From an uncultured Candidatus Saccharibacteria bacterium (lineage in GTDB: Bacteria; Patescibacteriota; WWE3; 2-01-FULL-39-13), in contig CAYJKF010000002.1 of assembly GCA_964370865.1 (NCBI GenBank), positions 20,719 to 84,718 of the forward strand: a DNA stretch of 64,000 bases, in the 5' to 3' direction. The translations under genes were made by a program, and so were the position numbers. Positions 1 to 8,705 of the stretch are shown one piece after another (the first letter of the stretch is position 1; each line of letters begins with the position of its first letter). The notes beneath the pieces are model-generated. The model ran no database searches and was not told the origin of the DNA. It was given only the letters and a program-made list of their open reading frames with translations.

Positions 1-1
1 G

Positions 2-154
2 GATCATGTGCCTGTTGTAACAAGAATTGTAGATAGAGGAAAATTAACATCAAAAACTGCTGATATCGGAGCTATGGAATTATATGGTCAGAGTGTAATC
101 GAAACTAGCCCATACACAGTGTTTAGTAAACTCCAAAACTCGCTAACGAAGTAA
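2..154 (+). CDS. 3' end of an unidentified CDS entering from the left edge
   Basis: Open frame from base 2 (DHVPVVTRIVDRGKL...NSLTK) to TAA at 152-154; not in the ORF track because it is truncated. Confidence 0.5.
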   Translation, partial: DHVPVVTRIVDRGKLTSKTADIGAMELYGQSVIETSPYTVFSKLQNSLTK

Positions 155-162
155 AAATCTAC

Positions 163-168
163 TAGAAT
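163..168 (+). promoter_or_regulatory. -10-like box TAGAAT, 7 nt upstream of ATG 176 (probable leaderless start)
   Basis: actagaatagttttaATG; no SD between box and ATG. Confidence 0.5.
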
Positions 169-175
169 AGTTTTA

Positions 176-2713
176 ATGACATTTCCCGAGTATCTATTGC
201 GTTTTGTAGCATTTGATTTCCATTATAAGTACTTCCGATTGCTTTATAGGGTAATAGTAAAAGTAAGTCATAAATTCGGATTTGTACAAATGTTTAGAAG
301 TTTGTTCAAGCCACTTTTTGGTACACCAGGGTTAGGTTCTAGAATTCAGGGTCTGATAATAAGGTCTACAGCGATTTCTATTAGTCTCGTTATATTATTG
401 TTTGTAGCTATCTTTGGTATTTCGATTTACTTGTCTTTTTTTGCTCTTGTTTTTTACGCTTTTGAAACTAATTTAGCTCTGGGATTTTCCTATTTAGGAT
501 TAATCATATTGATTAAAATTTTGAATTACACCTACTATCCCATCCAGACGATAGTAAATTATGAACGATTGGATGAGTATGCTAACAGCGGAGATGTTAC
601 TCATCGTGCCTTCCTTCAAAAAATCCACGATTTGGAATATAAAGAAGCTTTAGATCAATTATTCACGAATAAGTATGTAGTTGATTTTCTATCCCGATCT
701 GAATTAGATGGAAATAAATTAAAAAAGTTTCTAGGTCAACAGATTAGTAATTATAAGTCTGCTGATTTTATGAATAAAATGGTTGAAATTAATCAAGAGG
801 TTAAATTTAATCACATTAAGCATCAACTATTTTTAGTGAGTTTAATTTTATTATGTGATGAAGATGAGCGATACTTGGCTTCACTTAATATAGACAGCAA
901 AACGCTGATAAAATATTTAAAATTTACAGCGTTCTATATCAAACATAGCCACTATATTTGGCAGGATGAATATCAACTTCCTCCTTCAGGTGGATTGGAT
1001 AAGGATTGGGCAGTTGGATATACAGGAGTATTAAATCGTTCCGGTACTGATTTAACAAAGCTTGCCCTAAAAGGCATGATGCCAAGATTAGTAGGAAGGA
1101 GTGATGTCAAGAATAATGTTATATCGGCACTTACGAAAAATTCCCGTAATAATGTTTTACTTATAGGTGAGCCCGGATGTGGGAAAACTACTTTCGTTAA
1201 AGCTTTATCTCGGGAGATTGCACTTGGTACCTCCATTCCAAAGCTAAAATACAAAAGAATATTTTCACTTGATATTGGATCCATAACTTCGGGGACACAA
1301 GGTGAAATTAATAATCGATTGGTGAAAATAGTTAAAGAATTAGAATCCTCAAAAAATGTAATTATTTTCATTGATGAGATACATTCGATTTCCTCCAACG
1401 CAAGTGAAGACCCTAATGCCGTTCCTATTTTCTCAGTTCTCGAGCCATATCTATCTGATGGAAGATTTCAGTTTATTGGTACCACCTCTAAGAAAAATTA
1501 TAATAAATATATTGCTCCTAATGGTTCATTTTCTAAAGCATTTGAAATCGTGGAAATGAGATCTGCAGATGAAATGGAAACATATGAAATTATGGTCGAT
1601 TCTATGAAGAAAATCGAGAGCAATTCATCCATAAAGATTTCATATTTAGCTTATGCAAATTCTTACACTTTTGCAGGAAGATATATAACAAATCGAGGCT
1701 ATCCCGATAGTGCAATTGAGCTTCTCAACCGCGCACTATCCATATTATCCAAACGAAACTCAATCATTACCGGTGAGGACATTGCCAACGTAGTTTCCAG
1801 TTTGTATAAAGTTCCAGTAAATGCAATTAATGACGATGAATCTGCCAAGCTCCTAAATATTGAAAGTGTTTTACATAAACGGGTTATTGGTCAAAATGCA
1901 GCAATTACAGCAATCTCAAACGCACTAAAGAGAGCTCGAGTACGGGTAAGAGATCAGCAAAAACCAGTTGCTAGCTTTTTATTTGCAGGTCCTACTGGAG
2001 TCGGTAAAACTGAAACCGCAAAAGCCTTAGCCGAATTATATTTCGGAAGTAATGATTATATGGTCCGAATCGATATGTCAGAATTTAATGATCCTCTTTC
2101 GGTAAATAGATTAATTGGTGATTCAAGAAATCCAGGGCAACTATCTACTGCAATTAAAGATCGGCCATACTCGCTCGTTCTACTAGACGAAATCGAAAAA
2201 TCTGCAAAAGAGGTTCAAAATTTATTTCTTCAAATACTTGACGATGGCAGATTAACTGATGGCGATGGTAATTTAATTAATTTTACGAATACTATAATCA
2301 TCGCTACTACAAACTCCGCTACAAAAGAGATAACGGCATCTCTAGCATCTAATCCTGATCAAACCGATATATCGGTTATGACACTTGACGTTTTGAAAAA
2401 ATATTTTCCGATGGAATTTCTAAATCGTTTTAATAACATAGTTCCATTTACTCCACTTAGTAGAGATGAGATTAAGCAAATTGTAAGGATAAAATTAGAC
2501 AAGCTAGAAGAAAGATTAGCAACAGAATATAAAATAAGAGTTACTTTTTCTGATACAGCAATTGAAGAGATTGCAAATGAGGGTTATTCTATTGAGTGGG
2601 GAGCTCGTCCAGTAAATAGAGTAATCGAAGATAAAGTTGAAACAAGCATTGCCCAAAAGATTATTCAGAAGGAACTAAAGCCTGGAGACTCCTATGAATT
2701 TACAAGTATATGA
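176..2713 (+). CDS. Clp/Hsp100-family double-AAA+ ATPase with N-terminal hydrophobic (membrane) region
   Basis: Walker A GEPGCGKT and GPTGVGKT, Walker B IFIDEIH and LLDEIEK, LQILDDGRLTD, GARP sensor-2; hydrophobic segments at about aa 65-120. Confidence 0.9.
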   Translation: MTFPEYLLRFVAFDFHYKYFRLLYRVIVKVSHKFGFVQMFRSLFKPLFGTPGLGSRIQGLIIRSTAISISLVILLFVAIFGISIYLSFFALVFYAFETNLALGFSYLGLIILIKILNYTYYPIQTIVNYERLDEYANSGDVTHRAFLQKIHDLEYKEALDQLFTNKYVVDFLSRSELDGNKLKKFLGQQISNYKSADFMNKMVEINQEVKFNHIKHQLFLVSLILLCDEDERYLASLNIDSKTLIKYLKFTAFYIKHSHYIWQDEYQLPPSGGLDKDWAVGYTGVLNRSGTDLTKLALKGMMPRLVGRSDVKNNVISALTKNSRNNVLLIGEPGCGKTTFVKALSREIALGTSIPKLKYKRIFSLDIGSITSGTQGEINNRLVKIVKELESSKNVIIFIDEIHSISSNASEDPNAVPIFSVLEPYLSDGRFQFIGTTSKKNYNKYIAPNGSFSKAFEIVEMRSADEMETYEIMVDSMKKIESNSSIKISYLAYANSYTFAGRYITNRGYPDSAIELLNRALSILSKRNSIITGEDIANVVSSLYKVPVNAINDDESAKLLNIESVLHKRVIGQNAAITAISNALKRARVRVRDQQKPVASFLFAGPTGVGKTETAKALAELYFGSNDYMVRIDMSEFNDPLSVNRLIGDSRNPGQLSTAIKDRPYSLVLLDEIEKSAKEVQNLFLQILDDGRLTDGDGNLINFTNTIIIATTNSATKEITASLASNPDQTDISVMTLDVLKKYFPMEFLNRFNNIVPFTPLSRDEIKQIVRIKLDKLEERLATEYKIRVTFSDTAIEEIANEGYSIEWGARPVNRVIEDKVETSIAQKIIQKELKPGDSYEFTSI

Positions 2714-3714
2714 ATCTAATAGATCGATCTAATCAAATCCTAGCGAGTCTAAATAAAGGGGCTGTTGTTGAAGAACTTAATGCAATTGAGGCGCAAATGA
2801 ATACTGATGGGTTTTGGGCTGACATTAAGTCTTCTTCCAAAATATCCCAACAATACACAACACTCAAAAAGAAACTTGATTCAATTGAATTATTAGAGCT
2901 AGCTGTTGCTTCGAAAGATGAAAAGCTTCTTACTGAATTAGTCGAGAATAATGAAGAGAATTTATATTTATCTGGTCCATACGATAAGAATAACTGCTAT
3001 CTTTCAGTGTACGCAGGAGCAGGAGGAACAGAAGCTCTAGATTGGGCTGAGATGTTACTTCGTATGTACATGAGATATGCAGAGAGAAAGGGATGGGAAG
3101 TTAATCTAATAGACAAAACAGATGGAGATGAGGCGGGTATCAAGACTGCTACTATCAAAATCGACGGGGAAAACCTTTACGGTTTTCTTAAATCCGAGAA
3201 TGGAACACACAGACTAGTTAGACAATCACCATTTAATGCCCAGAATCTACGTCAGACATCTTTTGCTGGAGTAGAGGTAATACCTGAAATTGAAGATTCT
3301 GGTGACATTATAATAAAAGATGAGGATTTACAATTTACAACGATGAGGGCCGGTGGAGCTGGGGGACAGCATGTAAATAAAAATGAAACGGCTGTTCGAA
3401 TAAAACATATTCCAACCGGAGTTGTTGTTGCAAGCCAGCAAGAAAGAAGTCAACTTAAAAACAGAGAGACGGCAATGCGTATGCTTATGTCCAAACTTAT
3501 TAAATTAGAGACTGATAAATTGGAACAAGAGAAAAAGAATGTAAAAGGTGAACACAAAACAGCTGGGTGGGGTAATCAAGTTAGGTCTTACGTTTTGCAG
3601 CCATACAAATTAGTTAAGGATCACCGTACAGAGGTTGAGTCAACAAACCCAGATGATGTACTTGACGGTAATTTAGATCAATTCATAAGGGCTGGTTTGA
3701 AGCTAGGTAATTAG
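2710..3714 (+). CDS. prfB: Peptide chain release factor 2
   Basis: GGAGGQHVNK (GGQ), SPF specificity motif (RQSPF), GAGGTEA, WGNQVRSYV; ATGA overlap with the upstream stop. Confidence 0.95.
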   Translation: MNLIDRSNQILASLNKGAVVEELNAIEAQMNTDGFWADIKSSSKISQQYTTLKKKLDSIELLELAVASKDEKLLTELVENNEENLYLSGPYDKNNCYLSVYAGAGGTEALDWAEMLLRMYMRYAERKGWEVNLIDKTDGDEAGIKTATIKIDGENLYGFLKSENGTHRLVRQSPFNAQNLRQTSFAGVEVIPEIEDSGDIIIKDEDLQFTTMRAGGAGGQHVNKNETAVRIKHIPTGVVVASQQERSQLKNRETAMRMLMSKLIKLETDKLEQEKKNVKGEHKTAGWGNQVRSYVLQPYKLVKDHRTEVESTNPDDVLDGNLDQFIRAGLKLGN

Positions 3715-3720
3715 TTTATC

Positions 3721-3729
3721 TGTTATAAT
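3721..3729 (+). promoter_or_regulatory. Extended -10 promoter TGtTATAAT upstream of the ftsEX unit
   Basis: tgttataat at 3721-3729, 5 nt before TTG 3735 and 11 nt before ATG 3741. Confidence 0.55.
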
Positions 3730-3740
3730 AGTTATTGTTA

Positions 3741-4244
3741 ATGGAACCTGCTCGATCAAACGGAAAAACTGAAAATCCGTTGGATGATAATGCCATTCAA
3801 GCACTGGAAAAAGCTTTCCAGCAAGATATCACCAACCCTATAGAAGACACTCATAATTCGGGACTCAAAGTTGTCTCCGTTGTCATTGTATTGATATTAA
3901 TTAGTGGAATCGGAATACTATATTTAAGTAGCACTTTATCAAACAAGGATCAATTGTCGGGGAGTAATATTATTCCAGTTTCAGATAACGCTGTTGTTAG
4001 ATTAGGTAGTTCGAATAAAGAAATTAAGGATATCTATGGAAAAGTTTTTACGGTAAAGGACCAAAACGTTGATTTCAGATACGAATTGGTAAAGCTAAGT
4101 GGCGAGAAAATGGGATATCTTACTTCTGAAAAACTTGATTTGTCATTAGTTGAAGGAATGACAGTGTATGTTGATGGAAAGATCGACAAGATGATAAATG
4201 ATATTCCTGTTATAGTTGTAGAGTCAATAGAGTTTAGTAACTGA
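3741..4244 (+). CDS. Hypothetical single-pass membrane protein with C-terminal beta-rich extracytoplasmic domain
   Basis: One hydrophobic stretch VVSVVIVLILISGIGILYL; ORF track start is TTG 3735, first ATG is 3741. Confidence 0.7.
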   Translation: MEPARSNGKTENPLDDNAIQALEKAFQQDITNPIEDTHNSGLKVVSVVIVLILISGIGILYLSSTLSNKDQLSGSNIIPVSDNAVVRLGSSNKEIKDIYGKVFTVKDQNVDFRYELVKLSGEKMGYLTSEKLDLSLVEGMTVYVDGKIDKMINDIPVIVVESIEFSN

Positions 4245-4245
4245 C

Positions 4246-4938
4246 ATGCCAGATAAAATCATTGAATTTAAAAATGTAACAAAGATTTATGACGATGGAA
4301 CTACGGGTTTGGATAATGTCGATTTATCTATTGATAAGGGTGAATTTATTTTTTTAATAGGTGCATCTGGTGCTGGTAAAACGACTCTAATGGAGCACAT
4401 TGTCAGAGAGGAAATCCCAACGAGCGGTAATATTACAATTGATGGGATAGATTTAGGCAGTATTAAGAAAAAAGATATTCCAACATTACGTCGCAAAGTT
4501 GGATTTATATATCAGGATTTTAAATTACTGGGATCAAAAAACGCATTTGAGAATATTGCATTTACATTAGAGGTGGCCGATAAAACCGACGAGGAAATTA
4601 ATAAATTAGTTCCGAATTTACTACATCTTGTTGGATTAAGTGGAGCTGAGAAGAAATTTCCAAATCAACTTTCAGGTGGAGAAAAGCAGAGGCTAGCAAT
4701 TGCTAGAGCACTAGCAAGTGAACCTCAAATAATACTTGCAGATGAGCCAACGGGAAATCTAGATAGAAGTTCGTTATGGATTGTCGTTGATTTAATAAAT
4801 AAAATTAATGAATGGGGGACAACAATTATTTTTGGAACACACGATTATGAAATTGTTAATACATTAAAGAAACGTGTTGTACATCTCGATAAAGGAAAAA
4901 TAATTTCAGATAAAAAGGAGGCTAAATACGATGATTAG
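4246..4938 (+). CDS. ftsE: Cell division ATP-binding protein FtsE
   Basis: GASGAGKT, LSGGEKQR, ADEPTGNLD, LRRKVGFIYQDFKLL; adjacent to ftsX and prfB. Confidence 0.92.
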   Translation: MPDKIIEFKNVTKIYDDGTTGLDNVDLSIDKGEFIFLIGASGAGKTTLMEHIVREEIPTSGNITIDGIDLGSIKKKDIPTLRRKVGFIYQDFKLLGSKNAFENIAFTLEVADKTDEEINKLVPNLLHLVGLSGAEKKFPNQLSGGEKQRLAIARALASEPQIILADEPTGNLDRSSLWIVVDLINKINEWGTTIIFGTHDYEIVNTLKKRVVHLDKGKIISDKKEAKYDD

Positions 4939-5809
4939 TAGAGTTTTTAAAAAAGCCTTCGCAAATGTTACTAGGAGTGGGTGGAGAGCATTTATGATTA
5001 CTTTTATGATGACAATAACCTATACCATGTTAGGTTTATTGTTATTAGTACTTTTTTTCTCAACTCAGCTCGCGAGGTTCTTCGTTGAGAAGCCTGAGAT
5101 AATAGGTTTTTTTAATGATGGTGTAGAAGAGAAGAGGATTTTAGAGATTAAAAATGAACTTGAAAACAAACCTTTTGTCGTTGAGGTTTCATATATATCT
5201 AAAGAAGAAGCATTGGAATCATTCATTGAAGAAAATAAGGATAATCAGGAAGTACTAGAGAATTTGACTGTGAATCCTTTTCCTGCGCATTTAAACGTAA
5301 AAGTTGATTCACTAGACAGAATTGAAGAAATCGCAAACTACTTTAGTAATAATGATCAAATTTCTGACGTAATAGACTCACTCGGAGTAGTTGATACATT
5401 AAGAAAAATCGTCACAGGTATACAGATATTTGGAATAGGTTTGCTTGTTATATTCTCATTCGCAACATTTATGTTGGTATTTTTGGCAATTGGTTTGACG
5501 ATTTATTCGCAGAGGGATGAATTGCGAGTTATGAAATTAGTCGGGGCATCGAATTGGTATACCAGAGGGCCGTATATTGTTCAAAGTTTACTATATGGAA
5601 TAGTATCGTCATTGATTGCTTGTTTAATTGTTGGAGCTTTTATATATTTCCAATACAACAATGTTGTATCATCATTGCTTGGGGCACTAGAAGTAAAAGG
5701 GATTAGTTTGCAAGATATTATAATCGGTTTTAGTATTCAGATAGCATTTGCTGTATTCCTCTCCTGGTTAAGTAGCTATATTGCCACCAAGCGATATATT
5801 TCATACTAA
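4931..5809 (+). CDS. ftsX: Cell division permease FtsX
   Basis: 4-TM layout, YISKEEALESF, NPFP, RDELRVMKLVGAS..YTRGPY. Confidence 0.92.
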   Translation: MISRVFKKAFANVTRSGWRAFMITFMMTITYTMLGLLLLVLFFSTQLARFFVEKPEIIGFFNDGVEEKRILEIKNELENKPFVVEVSYISKEEALESFIEENKDNQEVLENLTVNPFPAHLNVKVDSLDRIEEIANYFSNNDQISDVIDSLGVVDTLRKIVTGIQIFGIGLLVIFSFATFMLVFLAIGLTIYSQRDELRVMKLVGASNWYTRGPYIVQSLLYGIVSSLIACLIVGAFIYFQYNNVVSSLLGALEVKGISLQDIIIGFSIQIAFAVFLSWLSSYIATKRYISY

Positions 5810-5811
5810 AT

Positions 5812-7092
5812 ATGATGTTAGGCAAATTAATAAAAAGAGAATACATCAGAGCTTTAGTCATCCTCGTATTAATAATTTCAGTTGGGTTTATTGCATTGCA
5901 TATAAATTATGTTTTTGCCCAAACAACAGGCACTGGTTCAACCTCACTCGAACAACAAATCAAAGATTTAGAAAAAAAAATTGATAACACAAAAAATCAG
6001 GCACAAAGTTTATCTAAAGAAATATCAACACTACAAAATAATATTGATTTAAAAACAGTACAAATTAAGCAAGCTGAATACGAGATCGATAGGAAACAAA
6101 AAGAATTAGGAATCCTGAATGAGGATATAAAACTTATGGAAATTAGATTGGATAGGCTAGATGAAAGAATTTTGTACCACGAAGATCTATTATCAGAGAG
6201 AATTAAGCAGCAATATATAGATAAGAAGCATAGTATGCTAGAAGTCTTAATAGATTCCGATGGTTTTGGTGGCTTTTTCGCAAAGCTTAATTACTTGGAT
6301 CGAATACAGGCTGAAGACAAAGTATTAATAGATAAAATGTCTTCAACAAAAGGCAATTATGAAGATCAACAAGAACTTTTAGAAGATAAGAAAAATGAAG
6401 TGGAAGAAATCAAAAAACAGATTGAAAGTCAAAAAGCACAGGCTGAAAGTTTTAAAGTTAGCTTAGAGTCTCAGAAGAGCGAAAAAGATAGTTTGCTGAG
6501 TAAAACTAAGAATAATGAGAAAATTTACCAAGATTTATTGGAGGATGCAAAAAGAGAATTATCCCAAATTCAAAATGCTGCTTCAACAGTTATTAGGACA
6601 GGTGAAGGTGAAAAAGTTAAAAAAGGCGAAGTCATTGGTACAATGGGAAACAGCGGATTTTCAAGCGGTGCACATTTACATTTTAGTGTTTATAAATATT
6701 CGAGAGACGATTTCGAGGATCAATCTAGATGGGGATGGTATTACAGCAATTATACCGATCCAATTAACTACTTGAAGTCAAAAACAGTAAGATGGGGAAC
6801 TGGATGTTATAGGGATCCTAGTGGTGATGTAAAAACTGGCAAAGGGAGTTTTGAATGGCCGATGTCTAACCCACGAATTACCCAAAATTCTGGTACTAAA
6901 ACCTGCTATAACTGGATGTATGGGGGTAAGGCACACCCTGCCTTGGATATGGTTGGAATGGGTGATATTTCAGTAAAATCTGTTGCCGATGGTGAAGCAT
7001 ATTTTTGTCGCAACTGTTTAGGAGATGGTGGTAATGGAGTATTTATATTCCATGATAAAGATTTGATGTCGGTTTATTGGCATTTAAGATAG
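5812..7092 (+). CDS. Exported coiled-coil protein (EnvC/CwlO/PcsB-like) with C-terminal M23 peptidase domain in permuted order
   Basis: N-terminal hydrophobic signal ending VFAQ, long heptad region, then GEVIGTMGNSGFSSGAHLHF...DPINYL followed by WP...HPALD...YWHL. Confidence 0.85.
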   Translation: MMLGKLIKREYIRALVILVLIISVGFIALHINYVFAQTTGTGSTSLEQQIKDLEKKIDNTKNQAQSLSKEISTLQNNIDLKTVQIKQAEYEIDRKQKELGILNEDIKLMEIRLDRLDERILYHEDLLSERIKQQYIDKKHSMLEVLIDSDGFGGFFAKLNYLDRIQAEDKVLIDKMSSTKGNYEDQQELLEDKKNEVEEIKKQIESQKAQAESFKVSLESQKSEKDSLLSKTKNNEKIYQDLLEDAKRELSQIQNAASTVIRTGEGEKVKKGEVIGTMGNSGFSSGAHLHFSVYKYSRDDFEDQSRWGWYYSNYTDPINYLKSKTVRWGTGCYRDPSGDVKTGKGSFEWPMSNPRITQNSGTKTCYNWMYGGKAHPALDMVGMGDISVKSVADGEAYFCRNCLGDGGNGVFIFHDKDLMSVYWHLR

Positions 7093-7100
7093 TATAGTAA

Positions 7101-7128
7101 TTGATTTTTCCTGAATTACAACTAAAAT
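7101..7128 (+). promoter_or_regulatory. Putative promoter TTGATT-N16-TAAAAT, -10 box 6 nt before ATG 7135
   Basis: ttgatt 7101-7106, taaaat 7123-7128, atagccATG. Confidence 0.5.
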
Positions 7129-7134
7129 ATAGCC

Positions 7135-7434
7135 ATGAAGTTTTTCGTTAAATCCTATGTACTCTTTCACATTAGGATTGCGAAACGCACTTTATTTGGT
7201 ATTGACGCGCGTGTAATAGTTAATTTATTAATTCTGTTTCTAATTCTACTATTTATTTCGCAGATATTTTTTGCTGAAAATACATGGAAATTAATTGAAA
7301 ATGTATTTTTTCTTGCTTTAGTCGTAATAAACGCATATTTTTGGGTGTTGGCTTGGCCAGAAGCAGATATTTATATAAAACGTGCCAAAGAGCTTGAAAT
7401 AATGCATACTAAATATAAACTAGAAAAGGAATAG
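7135..7434 (+). CDS. Small hypothetical membrane protein (2 TM)
   Basis: 99 aa, two hydrophobic segments, 1 nt gap to next gene. Confidence 0.65.
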   Translation: MKFFVKSYVLFHIRIAKRTLFGIDARVIVNLLILFLILLFISQIFFAENTWKLIENVFFLALVVINAYFWVLAWPEADIYIKRAKELEIMHTKYKLEKE

Positions 7435-7435
7435 T

Positions 7436-8407
7436 ATGTATAAAAATTTATTTTTGCCCAATCCAATTGATAAAAAGCGGCCCAAATTGATTCAGCCAAA
7501 ATTTTTGGTTGGATATATGCTATTTTTAGCGCTATTTGTAGGTGGGTCGTCATTTATGGTTATCCAAAATCCTGATATTTTGGGTTATGCAACCAATATT
7601 AATACCTCTGAGTTACTTTCATTTACCAACAAAGTTAGAAATAATAACGGGTTAGATTCTTTAAAACTAAATTCACTTTTATCAAAGGCGGCAGAAAATA
7701 AAGCTAAGCATATGTTTGCTAATAATTATTGGGCTCATACCGCACCTGATGGAACCGAGCCATGGGATTTTATAATTTCTTCTGGTTATGGATACACATA
7801 TGCTGGTGAAAATTTGGCTGTTGATTTTTCTGACTCTGATGACGTTGTAAACGCTTGGGTTAAATCTCCCACTCATAAAGACAATCTGCTGAATAAAAAT
7901 TATACAGAAATAGGTTTTGCAGTTGTCGATGGTGAACTAGAAGGTAGAAAAACTACTTTAGTAGTACAAATGTTTGGAAAACCTAGATATACTCAACCAG
8001 CAGTAGCTGTAGCTGACGATCAAACTTCAAAAGTTGAAACTGTTATCAGTGATGATGAAATAACTAAAAGAATAGCAGAGAATCCCTCTCAACCAGTAAC
8101 CGTTAATACAGAAGCGAACCCAAATCCAACAACAGTGACCGAGGATATCGCTTATAAATTAGCATTTGATGAACCTGCAGTGGCTGACGGAAATGGTAGT
8201 GTTTTAAATGCTAACGATATATTTAATGTTTCTAAATATATTGCCTTAATACTTGGTTTATTTGTGACACTAACATTTGCAATTGATGGATACGCGGTAC
8301 GTAAAGCAGGCCTGCTTAGGGTGACTGGTCACACTATATTACACATAGGATTTTTAATACTCGTAATCGCTGGAATCTGGTATACAAACATTGGTTTAGT
8401 GCTATGA
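7436..8407 (+). CDS. CAP/SCP-domain (YkwD-like) membrane protein
   Basis: LSKAAENKAKHM..YWAH, YAGENLA, WVKSPTHKDNLL, EIGFA; N-terminal TM and two C-terminal TMs. Confidence 0.88.
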   Translation: MYKNLFLPNPIDKKRPKLIQPKFLVGYMLFLALFVGGSSFMVIQNPDILGYATNINTSELLSFTNKVRNNNGLDSLKLNSLLSKAAENKAKHMFANNYWAHTAPDGTEPWDFIISSGYGYTYAGENLAVDFSDSDDVVNAWVKSPTHKDNLLNKNYTEIGFAVVDGELEGRKTTLVVQMFGKPRYTQPAVAVADDQTSKVETVISDDEITKRIAENPSQPVTVNTEANPNPTTVTEDIAYKLAFDEPAVADGNGSVLNANDIFNVSKYIALILGLFVTLTFAIDGYAVRKAGLLRVTGHTILHIGFLILVIAGIWYTNIGLVL

Positions 8408-8414
8408 TGAAAAT

Positions 8415-8696
8415 ATGAAAAAGTGGCTCACAGAGCATAAAATCTTAGAAATTTTCCAATATTTTTTGTTAATTGTTGTAGTGTCTGTTTCGGCTGTCCT
8501 TTTTGCTAACGTGTCTAGTAATCTCATAAGATTTTTCATTATTTTCTTTGACGGAATATTTTACGTTATTTGGGGATTATGGCATCATCATCACAAAGAG
8601 CGAATAGATAAATATGTGTTTTACGAATATTTATTGGTTTCGATTTTTGTAGTTTTTCTTTCTGCCATTGGTCTTGGAGTTATCCGCTTTTTTTAG
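8415..8696 (+). CDS. Small 3-TM membrane protein
   Basis: 93 aa, hydrophobic, WGLWHHHH segment. Confidence 0.7.
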   Translation: MKKWLTEHKILEIFQYFLLIVVVSVSAVLFANVSSNLIRFFIIFFDGIFYVIWGLWHHHHKERIDKYVFYEYLLVSIFVVFLSAIGLGVIRFF

Positions 8697-8705
8697 AACT
8701 TCGAT

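Noticed and set aside
2710-4244. Alternative genetic code (UGA recoded) as in some CPR lineages
   Set aside because: RF2 is present and long genes end cleanly at TGA with ATGA overlaps; no fragmentation under code 11
5972-5980. A9 homopolymer in the M23 gene (also A8/T8 runs near 36783 and 54031)
   Set aside because: Reading frames are intact and such runs are expected in AT-rich DNA; no evidence of phase variation
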